A stretch of 64,000 nt of DNA from assembly GCA_046563655.1 (NCBI GenBank), contig CM102286.1, positions 6,634,001 to 6,698,000 on the forward strand, read 5' to 3'. Shown piece by piece: positions 1 through 14,100 of this stretch. Within the stretch, counting starts at the first letter, position 1, and every line of letters starts with the position of its first letter. The notes under the pieces are model-generated. The model was not told the origin of the DNA. It did not search any database and worked only from the letters and a program-made list of their open reading frames with translations. Origin of the DNA: Yuukianura sp. NJ FZ-2021. Taxonomy: Eukaryota. The position numbers and the translations under genes are program-made.

Positions 1-578
1 GGAGTTTTTGCAGGAACATCTCTGATGTTCTGGAAAAACACGGCTGCTGTGAGTTCATTTTGTAAATGGTTGGAACAATTTAATTATTTCCAAATTTTAA
101 TTTTTCTTCCAGCCATGGAGAGATCTCTCTGACAGTTTAAATTATCTTAGTTCTTCTTGCGAGTGCATTTGCAAGTCGAGTTAAAGTAAATGAATTTTTC
201 TCATTACTTCAACTAGATTGAAATAATGAAGATGAAACTAGTTTTGATGAAGAGGGTTACGAGTCGACATAATTCAGTGTAGAGGCGTGTAGAACCTTTA
301 ACAAAAGTCCTCAGGGAACTTCTGTAGGCCCTTAATTGTTGTTATTATGTTATTATCTAATCAACGGAACTCACAAATCATTTGAAATTGAAAAAAAAAA
401 CAATAGGTAGTTATTATATCCTGGATACATTTGCATCGTTTATTGTATTTCGGTTCTTCGAAGCTGAGTTTGTTTGTAGATGTCGTCAAATAACTAGAAA
501 TCAATACTTATTGCAGAAAATCTATTGTACAAAAACGCGATAACTCGAGGCTATTTCTTGTCTAGAAATTTTCAATAT

Positions 579-1152
579 TGTTACGGGGCGTCGTACTCTA
601 GGCGCCCAAGGTGCCTATACAACGTCCTGTAAGGGTCCTAACTCCTCTCCACTCAGGAGAGAACCAGAAAAACAATGCTCCAACAATTGCGCCCTAGCTA
701 AATCAACGCCCTGCGCCCACTAAAGGCCAGGACAATCAGCAACGCAACAGAAGAGCAATGACCTCAAGGGTCAATGAAATGGTATTGTCAGTGGTTTATT
801 GAAAATAAAGTCTACCCACTGAGGGCATTGAAGGTAGCTCACTCAGAACCAGCAGACAATAGAATGAAGACTAAGATCTAGATACAGCAATGCAACCTCT
901 ATTTATAGGGGTTCTGGAGGAGTCAGGATTCGCAGAATCCTACTCCTGTGCAAAAACACAAAGAGGAATGAACTCTAAAACAACACAGAAACTAGACTAG
1001 AGTAATGAACTCTAACAAATGACAGACAGAAATAACCAGATAGTTGAACTCTAACAACTAACAGACAGAAGTAACTAGGGTAGTTGACCTCTAACAACTA
1101 ACAGGACAGAAATAGTGAATGTAAATGAAGTGCAGAAATACGTCTCGTAACA
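579..1152 (-). repeat. 3' LTR (574 bp)
   Basis: TGTTAC...GTAACA ends. About five substitutions versus 3183-3756 by eye. Minus-strand TATAAAT near 907-901 and AATAAA near 800-795. Four ~39-bp tandem units at ~965-1115. Confidence 0.93.
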
Positions 1153-3169
1153 ATTCCCCGTTGTGAAACAGAAGCGTGTCCTCACGTCTTCGTCCAATCC
1201 ACCAGGGCCCAATTTTTCTGCTGTCCACAGTTCGATGACTTGATGTGCTGCGAAGTCTTGACGTTGGTCGACCTCTTCTGACCTCTACTTCTTGGTGACT
1301 TGGCAATAGACATCATCGTAGTCCTCGTCGCAGTGGCCTCCTAATCGTTGTCACCCGTTTCCTTTTTTCCAGTCCACGTATCTCTCACGTCGGATGGTAG
1401 GGCGCAATCACGATCAGCCACTGTCGTCTCATCAGCTTAAAGTCGTTTCCTCGTCATCTCACGGTAGCATCCTCCCGACATCTCAAAATGGTTGACCCCG
1501 GTCATCTTTCCAAGCTCAATGTGGTCCTCCCATTTTCCCATGAAATTGTCATCTCGATGTAGCGTAGTTTGACTTGGACACAAAACTCGTCTGCTAAGGG
1601 CGTCATTTTTGTCTTGGCGTAGTTTTCGTCTCGGGCGTAGTTTTGGTCTCGGGCGTAAATTCCGTCGTCTTCATCAAATCCACACAAGTTCTGTATGCGC
1701 CCTGTAACTTAAAACAGTCACAATTAACACAAAGTTTACAGAACAAGTTCTGATTTGACCTAGGGTCACTCAGACAATCTTCGAAAGAACTAAAATTAAC
1801 AAATACATTAGACTTACTCTAATGTAAGACAAACTTACAACTACAACCAAAGGTTAATGAACCTAGTCGGCTTCTTTCGAATCCGTCTGAATCTCCTCAA
1901 TAGAAACACAGAGTAAACTACAAAAGATTCTTCGTGGTCGAACGAATCGGCACATGAAGTTTCGTGTACCAAACCCGATATAAGTGCCAAATTGAATTTA
2001 CACTTAGTAAAATTCAATGGCGACTTACCATCTTTGGGCGTAAAATGCTTGCGGGCGTAACTATTGCGCCCAACAAGGCTGAAGCGTAACTAATGCGCTT
2101 CAAAGGCTTTTGGTCCGTTTGTTTGTTGTGAGGGGTATTTCCATCAATTCTACAATTTCCAAGCACCAAGCTCTCGGAAACTCCGTAGCAAACAGACAAC
2201 ACCCTCCCCACATGAAACACAACAAACCAAAACGCAAATGCAATTTGCATCTGGTTAAGCTTCTCCACAGTTTTTGTTCTATCTCTAGAACTTTATGCAC
2301 GGAGCATCTCAAAGTTCAAGGACCGCAACAGAAACCTAGGGATGTCCGTCCCAGTGCACAAAGCAATGCGTCGGCCTCAAATGCACTAAGCAAATGAATT
2401 GTGAGTTATTGGTCTCACTAAAGGTCGTTGACACTTAAAAGTCACTCTTGCCTAAAGTTAGTTACAAAACACCAAATTTACGTAACCAAACACGGTTGTG
2501 CAAATCTGGTCATTGTGACCTTGCTTCCTTCTCAAATCTACTAAATTTCTGCACCAAGCACCGGAAATTTGACGTAGATTTGGAGAACAGCAAGCAACAC
2601 TCAGAACAGAATTGGCCAACCACAAAGGCTAATGGCACCTAGTAATGTTCCCATAGCTTGGGCGCATTTTCCTGAGCCTCATGCACAAAGCATTCAGAAG
2701 CACACATGGAATTCTGCACACAATAGAGAACAAATCCCAAGTTGCACAAAGCGACTGTCGTTAAGCTCACTTCCACAAAGCAAATGAACTTTGACCTCTT
2801 TACTTTCCTTCCCTTCCCGAAACGGAAGTGAGTTTCCAATCTCACGTATTTATCTATGTCACACAGAGTTTCATAAACAATTCGGTCCCAAAGATACACA
2901 AAGTAAATTATAAATTTTCGCCCTAGCGCTACAAAGATACACCAAGTAAATTTGATTTTTGCGCCCAAACGCAAAGTATTCGGCCAAGGCCTTTGACCTA
3001 CGATAGGTCACTGATTTCTCAATAGACGTGTGGCCATTCACATAGAAATGACCTATCTATTTCACCTCGTCCACCAATTGTTATGGGGACGTTAAATTTC
3101 TCAAATAAAGGTCACGGAGTTCGCACTAGACGTGGGGTCATTCACTTAGAAGTGACCTATCTAGTTCAG

Positions 3170-3180
3170 CTCGTCCACCA
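3170..3180 (-). promoter_or_regulatory. Primer binding site (possibly tRNA-Ala-like)
   Basis: TGGTGGACGAG lies 2 nt inside the 5' LTR on - and is complementary to a tRNA 3' end ...CUCGUCCACCA. tRNA identity is tentative. Confidence 0.65.
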
Positions 3181-3182
3181 AA

Positions 3183-3756
3183 TGTTACGGGGCGTCGTAC
3201 TCTAGGCACCCAAAGTGCCTATACAACGTCCTGTAAGGGTCCTAACTCCTCTCCACTCAGGAGAGAACCAGAAAAACAATGCTCCAACAATTGCGCCCTA
3301 GCTAAATCAACGCCCTGCGCCCACTAAAGGCCAGGACAATCAGCAACGCAACAGAAGAGCAATGACCTCAAGGGTCAATGAAATGGTATTGTCAGTGGTT
3401 TATTGAAAATAAAGACTACCCACTGAGGGCATTGAAGGTAGCTCACTCAGAACCATCAGACAATAGAATGAAGACTAAGATCTAGATACAGCAATGCAAC
3501 CTCTATTTATAGGGGTTCTGGAGGAGTCAGGATTCACAGAATCCTACTCCTGTGCAAAAACACAAAGAGGAATGAACTCTAAAACAACACAGAAACTAGA
3601 CTAGAGTAATGAACTCTAACAAATGACAGACAGAAATAACCAGATAGTTGAACTCTAACAACTAACAGACAGAAGTAACTAGGGTAGTTGACCTCTAACA
3701 ACTAACAGGACAGAAATAGTGAATGTAAATGAAGTGCAGAAATACGTCTCGTAACA
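3183..3756 (-). repeat. 5' LTR (574 bp)
   Basis: Direct repeat of 579-1152, followed on - by the PBS. Confidence 0.93.
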
Positions 3757-6700
3757 ATATTCAAATTTTAGTTTTTACATTTTTAGAAAAGGCAAAAAAT
3801 ATAAATCCAAGTTAATATAATTGCATTTTATTTTCCTCCAGCTTTTCTTTGACAAAAAAATCCGTAGGCTAATCCGCCCTTAAAAAGCTTCAGAGAAAGT
3901 TCTGCAAAAAGTGGCAGCAAAAGTTGGAAGTTGGAGCGCAGTGTGGCGCAAAGATTTTTGCTTTCATTTCCCTTTCCTCCCATAAAATATAATTGTGCAT
4001 GTACGCTAGGGAGTTGACGGGGCTGGCGAAAATGTTTAGATAATTAATTCCCTTCCTGCTTTTTTCTTCTTGCCAAGGTGACGGAGAAAGGGATTCTGTT
4101 CTAACTTTTAAGGAGGAAGTGGGACTGGAGGAGTTTTGATGTCTCCAGAACCTGTTTGAGCATTGAGGTGTGATTTGGCTGTAGGTAGAGAAAGGAGGGA
4201 GCGAATATGGAAAATCAAGCCAGAGGGTTATGTTATTTTTATGGAGCGGACTGTCTGGAGGCAGAGTGAAAGTAAGAATCCTTCTCACCGTAGTTCCAGA
4301 ACTGGAGGAGCCTCCATTTCGCATGGTAATGGGCCTTAATTAGACAAAGACTGGAGACGGGAGAGATGAATGGAAAGACAAGGGAGGAGGGAGATGAAAT
4401 AATATTACGTCCCACGTCAGTACTCCGCTTTCCCACTGCCTTCCAGCCATTTTCTCCTCAGGATGTGTTACTCTATTATTATACTTGGTGAGAAGAAAAT
4501 TTTTAAAAATGAAGAAAAGAAGGATTCGGAGAAAGGCCGTGGAAGGAAAGGCGGAAGGAAGTTTCCTTGAATATTTCATGAGTTCAAGATTGCGCTTTGT
4601 GCAGCAAGGCATCTTCAAGGATTTAGACGTTCTATGCAGGAGCAGTACTAAAGTATTAGGCTTAGCTGGAAAATGTGTCCTTGCTTCTAGAATGCTTTCT
4701 GTACATCAATGAGTGTCTACAAAGAAAACTATTAGAACATGGCTCTTCCCTTATGCTTTCTCCTGAATTATGAAGCCAAAGTACCAAATGTCTCTTTCTT
4801 TATCTACTGCATCTTCTGTGTAGAGGACAAGGGGTACTCGTGGCTTTTAAATATTTCAAAGAGGCCTTAGGAACCAAAAGTCAAAGGCAAAGGACTGAAG
4901 GGCATACTAATCTATTTCCGTGCTCATAAGGCATCAGTTATGAAAATTCTGAGAGCTTTCAACTAAACAATTCAAATTTTCAAATGTAAACGTCAGCACT
5001 GTCGAGGAGACGACAGAGGGGAGAGTAAGTTGTGAGAGAAAGTCGTGAGTAAGTTATAGATTGGAGAAAGTTGTTTGGTTAGTTATTGTATTTGTCTAGC
5101 ACAATTTGATTTACATAGGTTGTAATTGGTTTTGTGGTGAGGAAACAATAGGACCCTGACAACGCAGAAATGACAAACGAGTGAGTCAGTGGTAATAAAA
5201 ATGAAATACGTTTCACTCTACTACCATTTCCAACTGCGCTTTTCTCTGTGAAAATCCAGTTTTCGAGAATTTGATTTACTTCTCATACACTCCAAGCTCA
5301 ATTTAGTTTTGAGTTATTGCCATTTATTTTAACTAGCTCCGTTGTATGTATTGACGTCAAAATTTCTCAGAACAAACGCTTGTTTTGATTGGACTATTCC
5401 CGTTTCTGGAGGAATTTCTATATGTTCGGTGGACATTGGCTGGGTATAGCGTAGCCCAGCTAAGTTATGGAGTCCATTCGGATTACGAGTGACCATTCCT
5501 GTCTCTCCGCCAAATTCAAACAATGTACGAACAGAACACAACGGCCTCCTCTCATCAGACACAGAGTGCATTTACATGTAATGGGGACGCAGATTTCATT
5601 TTGGACGTATTTATCTTCAGTGACCATCAAAAATTTAGGTTTATGGCTTCATACCCGTCCATGGAAAGTACATTGGAATTGAATAAGAGATTTTGGCTAG
5701 GGAACAAATGCTGTAACCAGAGAAACCCTTTTACAGAAAACAGGAAATGCGAGAAAGAGAGAAACGATTCCAATAAAAATGAAGGGTTAGTAGAGATACT
5801 CACGATTTAAATTTTCTCTCGCTTTCTCATTGTCTAGAACTGCAAAACCGTTTTCAAAGTACCGGGAAAGACAATTCTCGTAGTAACTGCTACCACCACC
5901 GCCTTACAATCTTAAATCTTTCTCTAAACTGGATACATTTACCAAATCCTTTGTTAGCTCTCCGGATAAAGTTGTCCAACTAGTAAACACGTATTCACCG
6001 CAACTTGCATATTTTTGAAGAGATTGACGCGCCGATTGAATACACACTGGACGGTATGTTGATGCCAGTACAGCATTAAACAGCCCTGGATAATAGATCC
6101 AGAGTTCATTGAAATGTAGATCATGAAAACAACGGGCTATTATTTGGAACCCCTGATGATGTATGCTGGACAATAGGGCGGTCATTAGTCTATTCTTGAT
6201 ATCTGGCAGTACGTGATTCATGCTTCCTTTGCATCCATGTTTTAGCCGCCTTTTGGTTCCGCCTAATGGAGAGAGTGGGTTAGGTGCTAGAGGTGGACTA
6301 AAATTTATTTGGACGGCGCAACATTCTTCCGTGGCAGGTTCCATTGTTTTCCGCACTTTGGTTATCAGGCTAAGCATGTACTGGAGAGCACATGGCGGCG
6401 GATTGGGCTCTAGAGATTGAGCTCACCCGGGCGAGAAGAAATCTTGATATAATAACACGCCTGGCTAAATTATCTTCCCCCAATCTCTTTTCTTTTTACT
6501 TACTTTCCTGATCTTTACTTTTACCATTTGGAAATAGTGGACTAGAATGGTAGAATATATTTCAAAAATTGTCTAAACTAAATGTAGAGAAGGAGAGGGA
6601 GGGAGTAGGCTCTGCGCAAGTTCGGTGATCAAATTTGCTCAATTCCAGAGAGATGCGTTTGGTTTAATTTGAGCCCCTTGCCTGTCAAAGCAAAAGATCA

Positions 6701-8143
6701 GTTGCACAATGGAGATACAAATGCAATTAGAGGGGTGGTGATCAAGAACAACCAGGATGGATTTCACCCACAGAACTTTAACTTTTGTAACCCTATCTCG
6801 CGGGACGTGGGGGCTCTTCCTTTTGACTTTTAGTTAAAGAGAGGCAAAGTTCAAATCTGGGGAAAGTTTGTGTCGTTGCTAAGGTCCGCTGAGTTTCCTT
6901 TCACTAGACACTTTCATCGTTGTCTATGTCTATTTCTAATTATACAATGTTCTCAAAGTTTCACACTATTCACAACAACTTCTGCAATAATGCCTTATGA
7001 ATCTTAAATACTATGAAGTCTCCAGAGACACTTCTTCAATAAACCGGTCTAATGCCTAGAGACAAACTGTGAAGCCATTTGATAAAGCGTTGTGACGACT
7101 CAAAACAACTGAACAATTGCTTTTTCTCATTTGAATGGATTACCTCCGCTGAAGGCAAATTTTTCATGGGAATTGAATGTTTACGTTTACACTGTTGACT
7201 TGGCAAGTTCAAACTGAGAGTAAAGGTTTTACACACCTTAAGCATTCGTTAACCAAACTTTTAAGTTGCGGTCAAAAGGACAATTTATTAAACTAGTCAC
7301 CACACGTCGCAGGAGAAAAACTGGATATTATCGATTCTCCCATGTTTGGTAACTGAACCTGTCAAGACTCCTGACTCACGAGCATTATTTCATTCTGTGA
7401 AGTCGCGTCTTTCCATTTGCCCTTGTACAGGAAAGAGAATCTAAAATGTCTGTTAGACTTGAAATGTTGAACAAGATTGAAGCGCTGGAGTCCATTAGTA
7501 TTTATTACACCAACGACAAGTTGATGATTTCCTAGAACTTGAAAAATACTTTGAAACATGGGAAAGATGGTGGGTGTGGGGTTGGGTCCACTTTCTTCCA
7601 CTTAATATTCAGTGAAGGATAAACGACTTCCTGTCTCTTAGAATAATAATACATTTTGGAGAAATCCCAGGCAGACCTTCTTCTGAACACCACAAAATAC
7701 TTTGTAAACAAAAGCTGTCATAAAGGTTTGAGGGGTTAAGAACAGAACTCTCGCGGTTTAAATAAACTTCAACTTTCCAGACCCCTATGAGAACAACTCC
7801 TGTAGTAACTATTTCTCTGCTAGAAATCCGACTTATGCTGGGCCTACGACTGACAAAACAAATTAACTTTTCAGTTCTGACTTCCAGACGCACACACCTT
7901 TCTCCTCACAGTTGACACTGCGGGTGAACGGCAGTGCGGATTGACAGTTGCCAAATTTCGACAAAGGGTTTATGCCTGACAAGGTGACTTCTTTTTATTA
8001 CGTTTACATGAAAGCAATTTGTGGGTTTGCGTGTGTTGTAGCTTTAGCAGCACTAAAACGAAGTCTGCTCCCGCCAGGAAGTTCTGGTGGCGGTCAAAGA
8101 AATTCTAAGCATATTTTTGTAGGTTTACCGTTTTTGTTTACAG

Positions 8144-11100
8144 TTCCGCTCATCTCTGTCGAAGGAGTTCTGAAGCAGCAGGGGAAGCTTCCGTGCGATG
8201 TCAGAGTTCCGAGTCGGGATGACAGGCTCTACATGGTGCTCTGGTTTCGGGATAATGGAGAACCAATTTACAGGTACGGTGAACCATTCCTCATTAACCA
8301 AAGTGGTTCTAATTACAGACTGAGAATTGAGAATTGACTGGCGCGTAATTTTAATCAAGTTGGAATTAACGCCTACTCCAAAATTCTGAGCCTGGAATTC
8401 AATTTCGTTCACCCTGCAATTGTTTGAGTTGTAATCTTTGATTTTCGCCTTTTCAAACTGTCGCTTGAGTGGAAATCCTCTCGAATTATTGGAAACAAAG
8501 TGACAATGTCTTTATTCGGATTTCAAAGCGTCAGACTTGTGGAGTGATCAAACATGCGGAAGGCTGGCAGATGCTAGGCGCTTCTCTTCAAAGTACGTTT
8601 TCTCCTCTCGTTTTTGTGAGAAGTGGCGCAGCGTGGGATGAATATAAACAGGGACCGTGTAGAAAGCCATAGGCAAACTGTTACAGACGCACATGTGTAA
8701 AACGGGTTCATGAAATATCTTGAAAAAATTTTATATGAAAAAATTCGACTTGGATTTTATGATGCTAACAAGATGGTGATCGCTGGAAACTATGAAATTC
8801 GAGAAGTTTTCTTTTATGAATATTTAACCGGAGGGAGAGTGAATCTTGTAGAGTGTGAAAGTTCCCACACCAAAGAAATCAGAATTTATCCGAACAAAGT
8901 TGAAGAAAGTAAAAAGAAGTTCGGAAAGAGGAATCCCATCAATGGGATTTGAAGTCTAACTTCATTTCGGAAGTCGTTACATTTTGGGCTGCAAGCAAAA
9001 CTTTTGAAAAATTCATAAACACGGCAAGAGGCTTGGCCTAACAAAGCAGTTTTTCGATTTTTTACTTTTGCGTAACAGGTTTTGCCTTCGTTCAGTTTTG
9101 TGAATTGTTCAAAATGAATATCTGAAAAAAGTTATAGAGTTGAAATGCGTGCTGCAAGATGTTTCGAATACAACAATATTTGAAATAACGTTTCGTATTG
9201 TCCTATCTGTGAACAGATAAAGTTTATAACGGCAACATTGAGTATGACTAACAAAACGCATGTTGTCAGAAATACTTTGGTTCAATATCTACGAGTTATT
9301 AAATTTGAGTGAATCTATTATATTACAAGTGGGTTTGTGTGTTTGCTTTTAATTTTTCGGGTAAACGTATTCCATTATTCAAGTGCGCACAACGTTTGCG
9401 TGCAAAAACAAGAAAAGTTAGGAAAATCAAAAGAATAGACTCGAGTAAGGTGTGGTTCCGTTGAAATAATTATAAGGTCATAGGTCAGCAAGTATTATGT
9501 TACTCTAATTTTGCATTTTCTGAAATACTAATATTATATTGGTTTGTTGAGTATTTTGACGCTAAAAGTCAAAAACTCTTTTACAAAGGTTGTAAAATGC
9601 ATTGGAAGAATAATTTGGTGCTGCACAAAAATGTAGTATTTATGGTTTGAGTAATTTTAGGGTTATACAGTTTCAGGTTTATACAGAACCCGAAATTTCT
9701 CAAATTATAAATTCTACACGCCAAATTTAAGCAAACCGTTACACTACATTTTTCAATAGCAGAACATGATCGATACTACGACTTCCGTGTAATTTTAAAA
9801 ATTAAACTTAATTCCTTAGAAGAGACTTTCCTTGTTTACGCAACCTATACAAAGCAACTCAACGCATTTCGTGATAGGTCTTCAATGTCCTACGAAATAT
9901 TGCAACACAAGTAAACAAACCAAGGTTAAATATTTTTTGTTTGTTTTGTGTTCATTTTCTTCCAAAATAAAATTACGAAATTAGGTAATCCTGTTTCCTT
10001 CTCTAGTGTTCTCTTTTTTTCATTTGGAAAGCAAGGTCCCACTATACTTACGACACTTTGGCGTTGTGTCGTGCAGCATTAGCGTGTAATATTTTCACTT
10101 TTATCGTGTCTCGGTTCCCTGTAGCGTTCTGTAGGGTTGCTTAACACTTTTAGCCAACAACCCCCTTACCCCAAGGTTCCATGTTCTCCAAAGCGTGTAA
10201 GAATTTCTTCCAACGTGCAGAACCTCAGAGGTTAGAAATCTGCTCAGAATACATGAACAGGAGCAGGAGGTATTGATTTTGCAATAAATTTTGAACATGT
10301 TCTCCAGAATTTATGTACGCTCCTTTGGCACTTACCACCGTTCCATAATACTTGCAAAAAGGTTTATTTTGTCAACTCATCTACCGCAACACTATTGTCC
10401 CAATTGGGATAAAGGCTAAAGTGTGGCATGGAAGCCGACACTAGAAGCCTTTCGATTAGGACTTCTGTTATTCCATTGTTAAAATAGTCTGACAAGCTAG
10501 AATTGATAAACGGCGCCTTTCTCTCCCTTTCTTTCCCATGCAGGACCTCTAATCTTTGGCAGAATGACGAAGGACACGCTTAATTCAAAATTGGAAGCAG
10601 CCTTTTAGATCCCATTCCAGGAAACTTCACAGTTTCGACCGCCATCACCAGCGTAAAACCACGAGATTTGACCAGTGAAAATTTCTGGAAACCTTGGCAC
10701 AGTTTTCTTTCCTTTGTCCAAGTCTTCCTTCCGCTTCTTCAGGGAATAAGATCCTGAGCATGAAATATTTATGGCGGTAGAGAGACAGGGACTAGGTGCG
10801 TTCTGCCTGAAGAAGTTAGGCTCAAACCTCCTGAGTTCCGCATGTGGAAAGCATGGTTGGCATTCCTGGTTACGGTTAGGTTTTTGAAGTGAGAAGCCTA
10901 TCCAAACCAAGTGGGTCTGAACATATTGCTTTCACTAGTCCGCAGTTCCCACTTTCTCTCACTTTCGCCACCATTTCTGAATAAACAGGGAGAAGTGGAG
11001 GGAAAATATGAAAAGCCGCTGCGACATTCCGAAGTGAAGGGGAAGCGGTAGGGGCTGCACTTCACGTATACAAAGTATAAATGAAATTTTGATGAATATG

Positions 11101-14100
11101 TGTGAAAACGTGCAGGTTTATAATACTCAAGGAGCTCTCCTGGTGAAAATAGAAAGTTTGGAAAGAAAAGCTTTCTCTGCGAGTCCTTGTATAGTAGTTT
11201 GTGCGTATATTGTCACCTGAACACTTAGGAAGTTTCAGCATTTCAACGGAAGAAACCCACTTTCTTAAAATATTGGGTGATTTTATCAGCATTTGAAAAG
11301 TTGTTCATATTTCAGTTGTATTTCTTACCTTCAGATTTAAATTATGGCTGTTTGTAGTCGTTTTCCCATCATAGCTGTCACTTTTGAACTAGGAGAAATC
11401 AGATATCTCATAAAAGTGTTTATGACCAGTTGATTTTGCACTGAACGATGTCAGGAATAGTTCTGAGGTGCGGAAAAGACGTGAGAACAGGATGAGGCTT
11501 ATTTACTATTCTCATAAAAATATGAATCCACAACCCCGGTGCGGAACCATTGAAATTGCCACACGTCATAAAACCTTGCATCGAGCCTACGTCTGTCCTT
11601 GGAAAATAGGAGAACTGAAATTGGAATTTTATTATACGAAAGTACTATTCACACCGAAGCCGACAAGTCCCATTTCCCGAGCCAAAAGTTCAGTTTTATT
11701 TCGAATTGACTCGTTTAAATGAACACACGTCTTTGTACACATCTGCGTTTCTGAAAATTGTCTACGTAAACGCTCCCCCTTGATGAAGTAATAAAATTTC
11801 AACGTTTTTTGTTTTTGTCTGTTTGTTTCTACTTTTTTCTTTGTATTTTCGGTGCAATTTGGAAATCCAGTAATTCAAACTGATGCATTTTTTGTGTACT
11901 TTTTGATTGAAATTGACGCCTAGACGCAAACTGTTTCGAAAATAATTTAGTTCTCTTAAACCAGGTGAGAATTGGTCATACGTGAAATATTGGCGTTTGC
12001 TTTTCAAAAAACAACGATGGAGCTACCTTAATTAATTACAGGAAGAGTCATAAATTCTTTATATCCGGGCTTTTGGTTGTGGAAGTTCAAAGGAAGAAAA
12101 GAGAAAGTGACAGAGGAAGTTTAGCATCAGATAAAAGAGTAATCTGAAACTGTCGCCTTCCTTTTACTACCAAAAGAATTGTAATTTGAGTGAGAAATTT
12201 TAGTTTAAGTAAACGAGAAACTGAGAGTTTCAAACAAAATGGTTGGGATGAAGCAGAAGTGAAAACATAAAAGAATAGGAAGCGTGAAAGTTGTTCAAGC
12301 ATAAACACTCAGATATCGGAGCTTTGGAGACTTTCTTTTTAGGCTGGTTTAGGCCCCACCAAAAGTGTATATTCCATCATAGTCATCCCATGCTTTGTTT
12401 GATGAAATATGCACGTTGGTCCCGCTTTCGACCCACTTTATTCCTCTGATATTCCAACTGTCGTAGAAAGGGAGAGGGAAATTATTATAGTCGGATTATT
12501 TGGTTGAGAGCACAACGAGAACGTTAAGTAGTTTGGAAATCCGTAGTTGTTGCACTAATGCGGACTTAAAAGGTTGCTTTTAGTAAAGAATGGGAAGCTA
12601 AGGAGCGGAGAAATATACAAGTTAGTACATAGAAAAGCACAAAGCCAAAGTAGCAAATGAAAGTCAATGGTGCGAAAATTTTCTACGACTTGGAAGTTAA
12701 GCTATTCCCTTAAAAAGTCTATTATGGTTAAACGGAAAACGGCAAATACGAGCCTCTGACTTTTCTAATTTAGTCGAGCGAGATTTAAGAATAAGTGAGG
12801 GGATGATAGGAATCTTAAATGTGTGAATCCAATGTAGCTGGCTTTGGTTTGTGAATCCTGGAGTTAGTCTTAAGCCTACTTTAACTTGACTAGTGTATTC
12901 TTTGAAAAGACAAAGTCAGAGTAATATATTAAAAAGTTAATTGAATATTAGTGGAGCCAAACCAAAGAGTGGCGTAGATAAGCGTGAGTGGGGGCGAGGC
13001 TTGCACCCAGTTTGAGTCATTTATTTCTCGGTCTGTTCTGTCTCCCGCTCTCTCCGACTTTTTAATACTGTGCCAAGGAATGGCGGGTGACTTTCTGTGG
13101 CAAGGCCTGTTTCAAAGAAAGAGGAAATGGGTCCTATAAAGACTTCTCAATGAATTTATTGTATCTCCCCCCAGTCGCCATATTTTCAGTCCTTTTACTT
13201 ATCTTTCAGCACTCTTTGGACTTAATAACTTACTTTCTCCTTTGCGACTCGGACTCCAGAACGTCTTTGAAGGGAAAAGATAGGCTGAGGCACTTGGTGT
13301 GCTTTATGGCTCAGAGCATAATTCCACTCCCAAGTCAAATGTATAATTGAGGAGACGCAGTTTGCCTGGGTGTCTTATGCAAAAGTTTAAATAGAGTGGC
13401 TGTCCACTGTCTTTATTTCGGAGGGATTGTCTCCCCAAACTTTTCTCGTTTGGAGGAGAAAGGCAGAGAGAAAGTGCCTCAGAAGGATTCTTGGAATTCT
13501 GCATGCCAGGAACAGTCTGATAGAAAGTTAACCCAACTTTCTCCAACGCCCCGCCGCGTAGTTTCCACGCAGCTTGTCTTGTGCACTGGACAGATTAAAT
13601 GGAGAGTGTTTTTCTTGTTCCACAGGTACGACGTGAGGTCAAAGCCCCAGAGTGAGGCCAAAAGGTGGTCAGACGTGGGGGATCGTGTGTACTTCCAAGC
13701 CATGTCAGAACCAGCCCATCTTTTGATTAGCAACCTTCGGCTGGAAGATGAAGGTGTCTACAGATGCCGGGTGGACTTTAAGAATTCCCCGACGAGAAAC
13801 CTGAGGATTAACTTGACTATTATTGGTAAGCCCCTGCTTTTCTTTTCTCCACAATAGCTCAAATGACTTTCTCTTCACAAGTTATGTCTTTGTATCCACC
13901 AACTTGTGGCGAGGAGTAATGAAGACATTGATGAGTGTACAAATCACTCTGACATAGACATCACGAAATATAAGGATGGCTGTGCGTACAGCTTTCACTC
14001 AATTTTTGCAATCTCAGCATCTCAAATGCAACATTTGAAGTTTACATCAAATTCACAAATCATAGGTTAGTATTTTACTCATAGGTTTTTATTTGCATAA

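Larger units (their letters stand above)
579..3756 (-). mobile_element. Non-autonomous LTR retrotransposon (Ty3/Gypsy-like termini, no gag-pol ORF)
   Basis: Two 574-bp direct repeats with TG...CA ends (579-1152, 3183-3756) and a 4-bp TSD ATAT (575-578, 3757-3760). On -: PBS TGGTGGACGAG at 3180-3170 and a short purine tract AACGGGGAAT before the 3' LTR. The ~2-kb interior has no ORF >111 aa. Confidence 0.92.

Noticed and set aside
113..190. Possible signal-peptide exon of the + Ig gene (IILVLLASAFASRVK)
   Set aside because: No in-frame start or compatible splice structure. In-frame stops lie immediately upstream.
965..1115. CRISPR-like array (also considered for 21050-21165)
   Set aside because: Eukaryotic context, no unique spacers and no cas genes. 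These are simple degenerate tandem repeats.
8710..8952. 80-aa intronic ORF and many other 60-130 aa ORFs in host introns
   Set aside because: No recognisable motifs or splice support. Expected by chance, and many start at non-ATG codons.
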